A stretch of DNA of 64,000 nt from Alphaproteobacteria bacterium (GTDB lineage Bacteria > Pseudomonadota > Alphaproteobacteria > UBA2966 > CAIVPW01). Under the pieces are notes generated by a model that saw only the letters and a list, made by a program, of their open reading frames with translations, had not been told where the DNA came from and did not search any database. Positions 39,606 to 48,448 of this stretch are shown piece by piece. The position numbers were made by a program, and so were the translations under genes. The stretch lies in contig VGER01000004.1 of the NCBI GenBank assembly GCA_016869235.1, forward strand, positions 5,454-69,453. The letters run 5' to 3'. Within the stretch, counting starts at the first letter, position 1; every line of letters begins with the position of its first letter.

Positions 39606-40361
39606 CTAGCTGGCGAGGCGCGTGTAGCGCAGTCCGCGGCTGCGCTTCTGCTTGTAGAGGGCGAGCGAGGCACGCTGGAACAGGCCGGGCAGGGACGTGC
39701 CGACTTCGTAGTTGGCGCAGCCGATGCTTGCCTCGACCGCGACGGTCTCGCCGTCGAAGTCCACGACCGTCTCGCGCAGTTGCGTCTGCAGGCGGCGGGC
39801 GCGATAGACGCCCTCACGCGGGCTGGTGTGGGCGAGCAGCACGGCGAATTGGTCGCCGGCGATGCGGGCCACAAAATCGGTGGTGCGGACGTTCTTGACG
39901 AGAACCTCAGCCATGGCGCGCAGCACCTCGTCGCCGCCGCCGTGGCCGAAGCGGACGTTCACTTCCTTGAAGCGGTCCACGTCGAAGATCGCCAGCACGC
40001 CGGTGTCGCCGTGGCGGTTGGCGCTCTGCAGCACTTCTCGCAGGCGCTCCTCGAGCGCTCGGCGGTTGGCGATGGCGGTGAGGAAATCCGTGCGGGCGAG
40101 GGGAGCGAGGGTGGAGGCCAGGTTGCCGATGTGCTCTTCGAGCACGGCCATGCGCTCCTCGCTGCCCTGTACCATGCTTAGGGCGCGCTCGGGCGCCGCC
40201 AGTTGTCGTGTCTGTTCCGCGCGCGACATGGTGGGATGGCGACAGATGGCGTTGACTATCTGTCCCGCCAGGATGCCCATCCGGCTCTGCTGTGCCGTTG
40301 CGTCGCGCCCGCGGCGCGCCATCTCCAAGTCGTGTTGGACCGCGCTCATGCTCGCACCCAT
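39606..40361 (-). CDS. GGDEF-domain protein (variant active-site motif GGDEV)
   Basis: ...DFLTAIANRRALEERL...LAIFDVDRFKEVNVRFGHGGGDEVL... The ATG at 40361 was chosen; the long ORF to 40652 has a junk-like N-terminus. Confidence 0.7.
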   Translation of the reverse strand: MGASMSAVQHDLEMARRGRDATAQQSRMGILAGQIVNAICRHPTMSRAEQTRQLAAPERALSMVQGSEERMAVLEEHIGNLASTLAPLARTDFLTAIANRRALEERLREVLQSANRHGDTGVLAIFDVDRFKEVNVRFGHGGGDEVLRAMAEVLVKNVRTTDFVARIAGDQFAVLLAHTSPREGVYRARRLQTQLRETVVDFDGETVAVEASIGCANYEVGTSLPGLFQRASLALYKQKRSRGLRYTRLAS

Positions 40362-40565
40362 GACCAATCCCCAACTGCGTTCTCTTGCACCGCGGCTTGA
40401 GCGCCGCCGCTTCTTCAAACGCAATGCTTGTGCCAGGAGAAATCTTTTACAGATCAGTAGTTTAGAAACCGTCAACGGAGCCGGTGCGGTTGCCATGCGC
40501 GGCACTTTCTGCTCCCCGGCAAAAGCGCGCCGCCGCTTCTGCCCGGCGGCGCTATTGTCGGCGGC

Positions 40566-41355
40566 ATGGCTCGATGGACCGCTTGCATCGTTGGCGCCGT
40601 GCTGCAGTTGCTGCTCGCTGCGCTTAGCAGCGCGGCCGACTTGGTGCCGCAACGCGCGCTGTTCGAGCTTGCCCTAGTGCCCGGCGGCGCGCCCGGCGTG
40701 GTCGCGGTCGGCGGCCGCATCGCCTTCGAGTACGAGGTCGTCTGCGATGGAGCCGTGACCCGGCACGCCCGTCAGCTCCTGGTGCGCGACGCCCTCGGCA
40801 AGGTGACAGAGGTGCGCTCGACGGCGCGCCTGTGGGAGCGCGCCGACGGCGGGCGATATGACCTTCGAGACGACCAACGTCTACGGAACGCAGCAGGACC
40901 CGCCGTTTGCCGGCCGCGCGGTGCGGGCTCCCAACGCAGCCGGGCAGGGGCATGTCGACCTGGACGTGCCGGGCGGCACCTTCGCGCTCGGCCCCGCCAC
41001 GCTGTTTCCGTCCGCGCATTCGCGCGCGGTGCTCGATGCCGCGCTGCGCGGCAACCGGATGGTGACTCACAAGCTCTGCGAGGGCGGCTCGCCTGCGGCG
41101 TACACCGTGGTAAGCGTGGTAATCTCCGACCCGCGGCCGCCGGATCGCACCGAGCCCGGATTGGCCGGGAAAAGCTCGTGGAATGTCCGCGAGGCGCATT
41201 TCCGTCCGGGCAGCATCGCCGAGACCCCCGCGTACGAGATCGGCTTTCGCCTCTACGAGGGCGGCATCATCGACATCCTCGAGCTCGATTTCGGCACCTT
41301 CCGGGTAGCTGCAAGGCTAGCATCCCTGGAGATACTGCCGGCGCCGCGCTGTTAG
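40566..41355 (+). pseudogene. Exported hypothetical protein with a +1 frameshift near 40850-40858
   Basis: Signal peptide MARWTACIVGAVLQLLLAALSSAADL in frame 0 up to ...WERADGG. Coding signal (GC3) continues in frame 1 from MTFETTNVYGTQQDPPFAG... to 41355. The shift lies in a GGCGGGCGAT homopolymer context. Confidence 0.5.
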
Positions 41356-41376
41356 CGGTGGGCACGGGGCTCGGTA

Positions 41377-42625
41377 GTGTCTCATGAGACACTACCAGGG
41401 GCTCGGCAGACTTGCACGGGAGGCTCCGGCTCGGCTAAGGCCTCGGGGCGCCTGGACGAAGCTGTAAGGGTTATTGGGCGCCCGGGGGCCGCGGTGACGC
41501 CGAGAGAGCTCGTCGACATTCTGCGCAAGCACGAGCGCTACGTGAAACGCCAGGCCGACGGCGCACGCGCCGACTTGCGTGGGGAGGACCTGTCCGGCCT
41601 GCGCCTGCCCGGGCTCAAGCTCCAGGACGCCTCGCTGGCCGGCGCCGACTTCCACAACTCCGACATCAGCCAGGGCGACTTCAGCGGCGCGGACCTCTAC
41701 GGCGCCAACCTCGAGCGCGCGGTGGCGAGCGCCGCAAACTTCGAGCGCGCCGATATGCGCGGCATCCGCCTCTGCGGCAGCCTGCTCACCAAGTGCGCGC
41801 ATGCGCGGCGCCGACCTGCGTCCCGGTCTGGTGCGCGGCTCCAACGATCTGCAGCACGCGGATCTATCCGACGCCAATCTCGACCAGTCGAACTTGGAAC
41901 GCGTCAAGGGCGACAACGCCAAGCTGCGGCATGCGTCGTTGCGCGAGGCCAACCTCAAGAAGGCGATCCTGCCCAACTCCGACCTGCGCGGCGCTGATTT
42001 GTCCGGGGCCGATCTGCGCTCGGCGTTCCTGAGCGGAGCCGATCTCGCCGGCGCCAACATCGGCCAAGCCAAGCTGAATGGCGCGCGCCTCATCGGCGCC
42101 ATCCTCGTTGGCGTCGATCTGCATTCGGCCGACCTGCGCGACGCGGCCGGCCTCGGCCTCGCCAAGCTGCCCGCGGACGTCCAGAAGATCGTCCGCGAAC
42201 ACGTCGTATGGTCGGAGTCGGGCGGAACGCACGGCAGCCGCGCGGTGCTGGAGTCCGCCGATCTGCACGGCGTCGACCTCGCCGGCATCTACCTTAGCGG
42301 CGCGGGCATGAAGGGCTGCAATTTTTCTAACGCGGTCCTCACCGGCGCGCAGTTCGTGCTCACCGACTTGGGCGAGGCGAACCTGTCCAACACCGACTTG
42401 CGCCGCGCCGACCTCTCCGGTGCGCAGATGGCGGGCGCTAACCTGGCGCGCGCCAAGCTGTCCTGCGCCGTCCTGAAGCCGGTCGAGTTGCGCGATCCCA
42501 AGGGCAACCTGACCGGCAAGATGGCGGCCACCAACTTGCGCGGCGCAATCCTCACCGACGCCGACATCAAGAACGTCGATTGGTCCGAGGCGGTGGGAGC
42601 CGAGGGCCTCGGCACCGTGAAGTAG
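41377..42625 (+). pseudogene. Pentapeptide-repeat protein (paralog 2, about 410 aa if repaired) with a +1 frameshift near 41803-41807
   Basis: N part ...VTPRELVDILRKHERYVKRQADGARADLRGEDLSGLRLPGLKLQDASLAGADF... is homologous to paralog 1. After the shift come clean pentapeptides (DLRGA DLSGA DLRSA FLSGA DLAGA NIGQA ...). Confidence 0.6.
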
Positions 42626-42639
42626 CGGCCGCCTGGACG

Positions 42640-43590
42640 CTACTCCCCTACCGGCCACAGCCACGCGGCGCCGCGCACGCCGCTCGAGTCGCCGTGCCGG
42701 TTGCGCCGGAGCGGCGTGCTGACGTCGCGCGGAACGTGGGCATCGCGTGCGGAGCACGCTTCCGGCGTTGCCGAGAACACGTATTCGCCCCACAGCTTGG
42801 GTACCGCCTCGTAAAGAGAGGCGATGTTCGACACGCCGCCGCCCAGCACGATGACGTCCGGATCGAGCACGTTGATCACGCTCGCCAGCGCCTTCGCCAT
42901 GCGCCGCGCATGGCGGCCAAGGGCGGCGGCCGCCGCCGCATCGCCGGCCGCTGCGGCCGCCGCGATCTCCTGGGCGCTCGACGTGCGCCCGCTTGCGCGC
43001 GCGAAGTCCGCGGCGAGTCCCGGCCCCGACAGGAACGTCTCGATGCAGCCACGCTTGCCGCAATAGCAGGGCGGGCCCGGCCGCTCGTCTTCGTCCGGCC
43101 AGGGCAGCGGATTGTGGCCCCACTCGCCCGCGATGGCGTTAGGACCGGTCAGCACCTTCCCGTCCACGGCGATGCCGCCGCCCGTGCCGGTGCCGACGAT
43201 GACGCCGACCACCACCCGATGGCCGGCACCGGCGCCGTCCACCGCTTCCGACAGGGCGAAGCAGTTGGCGTCGTTGGCCAGGCGGACGCGCCGTCCGAGC
43301 ACTTGCTCGAGGTCGCGGTCGAGGGGGTGGCCAATGAGGTTGGTGGAGTTGGCGTTCTTTACCAGGCCGGTTGCCGGCGACAGCGCGCCGGGAATGGCGA
43401 TGCCCACCGGCGTCGTCGCCGCGACGCGCGTCTCGCGCGCCAGCGCCGCCACCAGGTCGGCGATGGCGCGCATCGTCGCATCGTAGGCGCCGCGCGGCGT
43501 GGCGACGCGCTTGCGCGCTTTCTCGACGCCGTCGTCGCCGAGGACGATGCCTTCGATCTTGGTGCCGCCGAGGTCGATGCCGAGCCGCAT
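42640..43590 (-). CDS. ROK-family sugar kinase (N-acetylglucosamine/glucokinase-like)
   Basis: MRLGIDLGGTKIEGIVL...; zinc motif HNPLPWPDEDERPGPPCYCGKRGCIET. The ATG at 43590 was chosen. Confidence 0.8.
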   Translation of the reverse strand: MRLGIDLGGTKIEGIVLGDDGVEKARKRVATPRGAYDATMRAIADLVAALARETRVAATTPVGIAIPGALSPATGLVKNANSTNLIGHPLDRDLEQVLGRRVRLANDANCFALSEAVDGAGAGHRVVVGVIVGTGTGGGIAVDGKVLTGPNAIAGEWGHNPLPWPDEDERPGPPCYCGKRGCIETFLSGPGLAADFARASGRTSSAQEIAAAAAAGDAAAAAALGRHARRMAKALASVINVLDPDVIVLGGGVSNIASLYEAVPKLWGEYVFSATPEACSARDAHVPRDVSTPLRRNRHGDSSGVRGAAWLWPVGE

Positions 43591-43892
43591 CAGTCCGGCG
43601 GCGCGAATCCGGGCAGCTTGGCGCGCGCTCGCGCCGGCCACTCGGGCGGCACATCCACGTCGGCGCAGAAGCGCAACAGCAGCGGCTCGTCAGCGAGCAG
43701 GAAGTCGAGCACCGCCGCCAGCAGCAGGGGGTCCTCGGGATTGGCGCGCACCTCGTCGGGGCTCACACCGGTTGTGCCAAGGAACCGGCCGAGAGCCTCG
43801 TCCTCGCCGGCCAGGAAGGCGAGCACCTGAATCGCCAAGTTTGTGGCCTCTTCCGCGCCGAGAAGGCGCTTCGCTTGGCGGGTTGGGGGCAA
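43590..43892 (-). CDS. DUF3572-family small protein (TTG start), stop overlapping the ROK kinase start
   Basis: ...EEATNLAIQVLAFLAGEDEALGRFLGTTGVSPDEVRANPEDPLLLAAVLDFLLADEPLLLRFCADVDVPPEW... Found only as the C-terminal part of a long ORF; TTG at 43892 has GAGGG 9 nt upstream. Confidence 0.5.
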   Translation of the reverse strand: MPPTRQAKRLLGAEEATNLAIQVLAFLAGEDEALGRFLGTTGVSPDEVRANPEDPLLLAAVLDFLLADEPLLLRFCADVDVPPEWPARARAKLPGFAPPD

Positions 43893-44022
43893 GGTGGTAC
43901 ACCCTCGATTGTTGCGGGCAGCTAATCGGTCCGCTCGCCCGGAATTGGTCGCACCATGCAGGGTCTTGTCGCGGCGCTCAAGTCGCCGGTCTCCATCCCC
44001 GCTCTGAGACGCTAGCCACACC

Positions 44023-45399
44023 ATGCCGGCGCGCGTGCTCGTCGTCGACGACATCCTTCCGAACGTCAAGGTGCTCGAGGCGAAGCTTTCCGCCGAGTAC
44101 TTCGACGTCACCACGGCGATGAGCGGCAAGGAGGCGCTCGAGGCGGTCGCGCGCTCGGCGCCTGACATCGTCCTCCTCGACGTGATGATGCCCGAGATGG
44201 ACGGCTTCGAGGTGGCGCGCCGCATCAAGGGCGAATCCGCCACCGCCCACATCCCGATCGTCATGGTCACCGCCCTCTCGGAGCCCGCCGAGCGCGTGCG
44301 CGGGCTCGAGGCCGGCGCCGACGACTTCCTCATCAAGCCGGTCAACGACCTGCAGCTGTTCGCGCGGGTCCGTTCGCTGGTGCGCTTGAAGCAGACCATG
44401 GACGAGCTGCGCCTGCGCGAGGAAACCTCCACCCAGCTCGGCGTGCTCGACTCGCTGCCGGTCAGCGACGAGCCAAGCACGGTGCAGGTCCTGGTGGTCG
44501 AGGATTCCGACGCCGGTGCCATTGCCGGCGCCTTGCGCGACATCGCCCACGTGAAGGTCGAGAGCGATCCACAACGCGCCCTCGAGTTCGCCGGGCAGGG
44601 CGAGCTCAACCTGATCATCGTCAGCCTGCGCCTGCGCGGGGCCGACGGGCTGCGCTTGTGCTCGCAGCTGCGCACGATGCCGTCCACCAAGCACTCGGTG
44701 GTGTTGGCGATGATCGAGCAGAGCGACACGCCCCAGCTCGTGCGCGCGCTCGAGATGGGCGTCGCCCACTACATCGTTAAGCCGCTCGACCGCGCCGAGC
44801 TCATCGCCCGCGCGCGCAGCCAGATCCGCCGCAAGCGCTATCAGGACCGCCTGCGCCTGTCCTACCAGATGAGCATCGCCATGGCGGTGACCGATCCGCT
44901 GACCGGCTTGCACAACCGCCGCTACCTCACCGGCCACTTGGACAACCTCATCGGCCGCTCCAACGCCGGCGGCAAGCCGACGTCGCTGATGATGCTCGAC
45001 ATCGACTTCTTCAAGAAGATCAACGACACCTGGGGCCATGCCTCTGGCGACGACGTGCTCAAGGAGTTCGCCAATCGCCTGCGCCGCGGCCTGCGCGGCA
45101 TCGACCTTGCCGGACGGTTCGGCGGCGAGGAATTCGTCGTGGCGATGCCCGCCACGGACGCCGAGGCGACGCAGATGGTGGCTGAGCGCTTGCGCAAGTT
45201 CATCGCCGAGGAGCCGTTCCCGATCCAGAACGGCGCCCAGAGCATTGCGGTGACGGCCAGCATCCGCGTCACCACCTCGCGCCCGCCGGCCGACAAGTCC
45301 TCGGAGATGCTGGAGCGTGCCGATCAGGCGCTTTATGCCGCCAAGCGCGGCGGCCGCAACAAGGTCGTGGCCGACGTCGCGGTCAAGGCACCGGCGTAG
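44023..45399 (+). CDS. pleD: PleD-type response-regulator diguanylate cyclase (REC-REC-GGDEF)
   Basis: MPARVLVVDDILPNVKVLEAKL...LLDVMMPEMDGFEV... (REC1); second REC-like domain; ...LDIDFFKKINDTWGHASGDDVL...RFGGEEFVV (GGEEF). Confidence 0.88.
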   Translation: MPARVLVVDDILPNVKVLEAKLSAEYFDVTTAMSGKEALEAVARSAPDIVLLDVMMPEMDGFEVARRIKGESATAHIPIVMVTALSEPAERVRGLEAGADDFLIKPVNDLQLFARVRSLVRLKQTMDELRLREETSTQLGVLDSLPVSDEPSTVQVLVVEDSDAGAIAGALRDIAHVKVESDPQRALEFAGQGELNLIIVSLRLRGADGLRLCSQLRTMPSTKHSVVLAMIEQSDTPQLVRALEMGVAHYIVKPLDRAELIARARSQIRRKRYQDRLRLSYQMSIAMAVTDPLTGLHNRRYLTGHLDNLIGRSNAGGKPTSLMMLDIDFFKKINDTWGHASGDDVLKEFANRLRRGLRGIDLAGRFGGEEFVVAMPATDAEATQMVAERLRKFIAEEPFPIQNGAQSIAVTASIRVTTSRPPADKSSEMLERADQALYAAKRGGRNKVVADVAVKAPA

Positions 45400-45409
45400 A
45401 AACGACAAT

Positions 45410-45428
45410 GCGCGGGACTGTCCCGCGC
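45410..45428. terminator. Bidirectional terminator hairpin between pleD (+) and rpmG (-)
   Basis: GCGCGGG-actgt-CCCGCGC, followed by ATTTCT on the plus strand and ATTGTCGTTT on the minus strand. Confidence 0.55.
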
Positions 45429-45459
45429 ATTTCTGGTCGCTCGCTGATGGAGGCGGAAG

Positions 45460-45627
45460 CTACTTGATCTTGGCTTCCTTGAACTCGACGTGCTTGCGCA
45501 CCTTCGGGTCGTACTTCTTCATCGTCAGCTTCTCGGTCTTGGTCTTCGGGTTCTTCTTGGTCACGTAGAACGTGCCCGTGTCGGCCGAGCTCACCAGCTT
45601 GATCTTGACGAAATTCTGCTTGGCCAT
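45460..45627 (-). CDS. rpmG: 50S ribosomal protein L33
   Basis: [55 protein letters not shown]. Confidence 0.85.
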   Translation of the reverse strand: MAKQNFVKIKLVSSADTGTFYVTKKNPKTKTEKLTMKKYDPKVRKHVEFKEAKIK

Positions 45628-45708
45628 GGCGGTACCTGATAAGGGCAAAAACGTGCGCGAACCATAGCCGCGCCCGCCCTCAAGTCAAGCCACAGGGCCG
45701 GGAAGGGC

Positions 45709-46134
45709 TCAGAAGCGCGGCGGTTCCTCTTTGATTCCGCCGAATCCGTGCATCTGCACCGCCCACTGGTAGGCGATCAGCGCCCCCTTGATGCGGGGCA
45801 GCAGCCACAGCGACATCAGCAGGAGGGCCGGCAGCCACAGTGCCGCCTGCAGCCACAACGGCGGCATGAAGGCCTGCTCTGTCCACAGCACGCCCAGCAC
45901 GATGACGTGGCCGGTGATGAGCACGGTGAAGTAGGCCGGGGCGTCGTCGGCACGTTGGTGATGCAGTTCCTCGCCGCAGCTCGGGCAGGCGTCGTTGACC
46001 TGGAGGAAGTGGCCGAACAGGCGCCCGCGGCCGCAGCTCGGGCAGGTCTGGCGGAAGCCGCGCTTCAGCGACAGCCAGCGTGGGCGCAGGGGCGGAGTGG
46101 TGTCGAGATGGTTCTGGATGGGCATGGCGTCCAT
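45709..46134 (-). CDS. DUF983-family zinc-finger membrane protein
   Basis: ...CPSCGRGRLFGHFLQVNDACPSCGEELHHQRADDAPAYFTVLITGHVIV... (family name from memory). Confidence 0.75.
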   Translation of the reverse strand: MDAMPIQNHLDTTPPLRPRWLSLKRGFRQTCPSCGRGRLFGHFLQVNDACPSCGEELHHQRADDAPAYFTVLITGHVIVLGVLWTEQAFMPPLWLQAALWLPALLLMSLWLLPRIKGALIAYQWAVQMHGFGGIKEEPPRF

Positions 46135-46173
46135 ATTGGCGCGCCGCCCGCCGCCGGCAAATGCGGATTTACC

Positions 46174-48444
46174 CTACCGGCGCCGGCCCTTGCCGCGCGG
46201 CGGGCCGCCGTGGCCCCGGTGTCCCCAGTGCGACCCTTTGCCGCGCGCCGAGCCGCATCGTGCGCTGCGATCGAGCCTGCCGCCCGAAATTAGCTCCGCC
46301 AGCAGGCCGCCGCTCGCTGCCGTTGCCTCGACCAGGCGCACCTCGACCACGTCGCCGAGCTGGAGCACCAGGCTGGTGCGCTCGCCGATCAGGCGGTGGT
46401 GCGTCTCGTCGAGCAGGAAGCGCTCGTCGCCGATGGTGCGCATGGGAACGAGCGCGCTCGCTCCCGTCTCGACCAGGGTTACGAACAGGCCCGCCGAGGT
46501 CACGCCGGAGATGCGTGCCGCGAACATGGCGCCGACCTTGTCCGACAGGAACGCGGCGAGGTAGCGGTCGGTGGCGTCACGCTCCGCCATCATGGCGCGC
46601 CTCTCGGTGGCGCTGATGTGGTCGGCGATGCGCTGAAACGCCTCCGCGTCGGGCGCCGGCAATCCATCGTCGCCGAGCCGCAACGCGCTGATGAGCGCGC
46701 GGTGCACCAAAAGGTCGGCGTAGCGGCGGATAGGCGAGGTGAAGTGCAGGTAGTGGCGCAGCGCCAGACCGAAGTGCTGCGACGCCTCGGGGGAGTAGAT
46801 CGCCTGCGCCTGGGTGCGCAGCACCATCTGGTTCACTACCGCCTCGTGCGGGGTGTCCTTGGCTCGCGCCAGCACGGTGTTGAAGTGGCTTGGCCTCAGG
46901 CGTTTCCCTGCCGACAGCTTGTAGCCGAGCGACTCCAGGAACGTGCGCAGCGCGCCGACGCGTTCCGGCTCCGGCTCATCGTGCACGCGGTACATGGTCG
47001 GCCACTGGCTGGCGCCCAGCGTGAGCGCCGCGGCGACGTTGGCGGCGATCATGTACTCTTCGATCAGCCGCATCGAATCGAGGTGCACGCGCGGCCGCAC
47101 GTCGGCGACGCGTCCGTCGGAGCCGAGCCGCACCACCAACTCGGGCGATTCGATCGCCAGCGGCTTGCGCCGCTCGCGCGCCTTCATGAAGCGCTCGAAC
47201 GCGCCCCACAGCGGCGCGAGTAGCTTTTCCGCGGTCGGGTCGCCGCCGCGATCGTGGATCTCCTGCGCGCGCTCGTAGGTAAGGCGCATCGACGAGCGCA
47301 TCAGGCCGCGCTCGATGCGGTGGCGGATCACGTTGCCCTCGGCATCGACGTGCATGGTCGCCACCATGCAGGCGCGCTCCTCGCCGGCCTGTAGCGAGCA
47401 CATGCCGCCGGACAAGGCGTGCGGCAGCATCGGCACGACGCGATCGGGGAAGTACACCGAGTTGCCGCGCAACGCCGCCTCGCGGTCGAGCGCCGAGCCC
47501 GGCCGCACGTAGTGGGCGACGTCGGCGACCGCCACCTTGACGTGCCAGCCGCCACGGTTGTCTGGCGTCTCGTCGGGTTCCGCCCATACCGCGTCGTCGA
47601 AGTCGCGCGCGTCGGCGGGGTCGATGGTCAGGAACGGCAAGGCGCGGAAGTCGTTCCTGCGCTCCAGTTCGGGCACGTATCCCGCGTCGGCTTCGCGCAG
47701 CGCGTCCTGACTGAAGCGGCTGGGAATGCCGTGCTCGTGGATGGCGATCAGGCTGCGCGTGCGCGGATCGTCCAGCCCGCCGACGCGCTCGCGCACCTTG
47801 GCGCGCGCCAGCCCCATGCGGCCCGTGTCGAGAATGTCTGCGACCACCACGTCGCCGGGCTTGGCGCCGGCGGCATCGGCGCCGCGCACGCGGTATTCGT
47901 CGCGCTTGCGCTTGTTGGCGGGCGTGATGCGGCCCTCCCCGCCGATGACCTGGTAGACGCCCAGCACTTCCTGGGGGCCTCGCTCCAGCAGGCGCATCGG
48001 CCGCGCCTCGATCGTGCCGTCGTCGAGGACCTTGGTGCGCGCCAGCACGCGGTCGCCGACCGCCGGCGCCGGCACGCTGTGAGTCGGGATCAGGGCGATG
48101 CGCGGGGCGGGGCCGTCGCCGCGCCACTCGGCCGGTGATGCGTTGACGTCGCCGTCCTTCGACACCGCGATGACCTGGAGCACCGCTACCGAAGGTAGGA
48201 TTGCTTCGCGTCTTGCCCGCCGGCCGCTGGTGCGGGCGATGACGCCTTCGGCGGAAAGCTCGCGCAGCGTGGCGCCCAGCCACCCGGCGTCCGCCTTGCC
48301 GAGGTCGAAGGCGCGGGCGAGCTCGCGCTTGCCGACCTTGCGCGGCGATTCCTTCAGGTAGCGGACGATCTCTTCGCGCGATGGACGCGAAGCGGGGCGG
48401 TCGGCGGACTTGCGGGCGTGAGGAGGGGCGCGGCGGCGAGCCAC
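46174..48444 (-). CDS. rnr: Ribonuclease R (GTG start 5 nt downstream of the topA stop)
   Basis: ...PSREEIVRYLKESPRKVGKRELARAF... (HTH N-terminus); RNB core ...DPADARDFDDAVWAEP...; S1 domain at the C-terminus. The long basic N-terminus of ORF 46174..48603 overlaps the topA tail and is judged not to be translated. Confidence 0.88.
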   Translation of the reverse strand: MARRRAPPHARKSADRPASRPSREEIVRYLKESPRKVGKRELARAFDLGKADAGWLGATLRELSAEGVIARTSGRRARREAILPSVAVLQVIAVSKDGDVNASPAEWRGDGPAPRIALIPTHSVPAPAVGDRVLARTKVLDDGTIEARPMRLLERGPQEVLGVYQVIGGEGRITPANKRKRDEYRVRGADAAGAKPGDVVVADILDTGRMGLARAKVRERVGGLDDPRTRSLIAIHEHGIPSRFSQDALREADAGYVPELERRNDFRALPFLTIDPADARDFDDAVWAEPDETPDNRGGWHVKVAVADVAHYVRPGSALDREAALRGNSVYFPDRVVPMLPHALSGGMCSLQAGEERACMVATMHVDAEGNVIRHRIERGLMRSSMRLTYERAQEIHDRGGDPTAEKLLAPLWGAFERFMKARERRKPLAIESPELVVRLGSDGRVADVRPRVHLDSMRLIEEYMIAANVAAALTLGASQWPTMYRVHDEPEPERVGALRTFLESLGYKLSAGKRLRPSHFNTVLARAKDTPHEAVVNQMVLRTQAQAIYSPEASQHFGLALRHYLHFTSPIRRYADLLVHRALISALRLGDDGLPAPDAEAFQRIADHISATERRAMMAERDATDRYLAAFLSDKVGAMFAARISGVTSAGLFVTLVETGASALVPMRTIGDERFLLDETHHRLIGERTSLVLQLGDVVEVRLVEATAASGGLLAELISGGRLDRSARCGSARGKGSHWGHRGHGGPPRGKGRRR

Positions 48445-48448
48445 GCGA

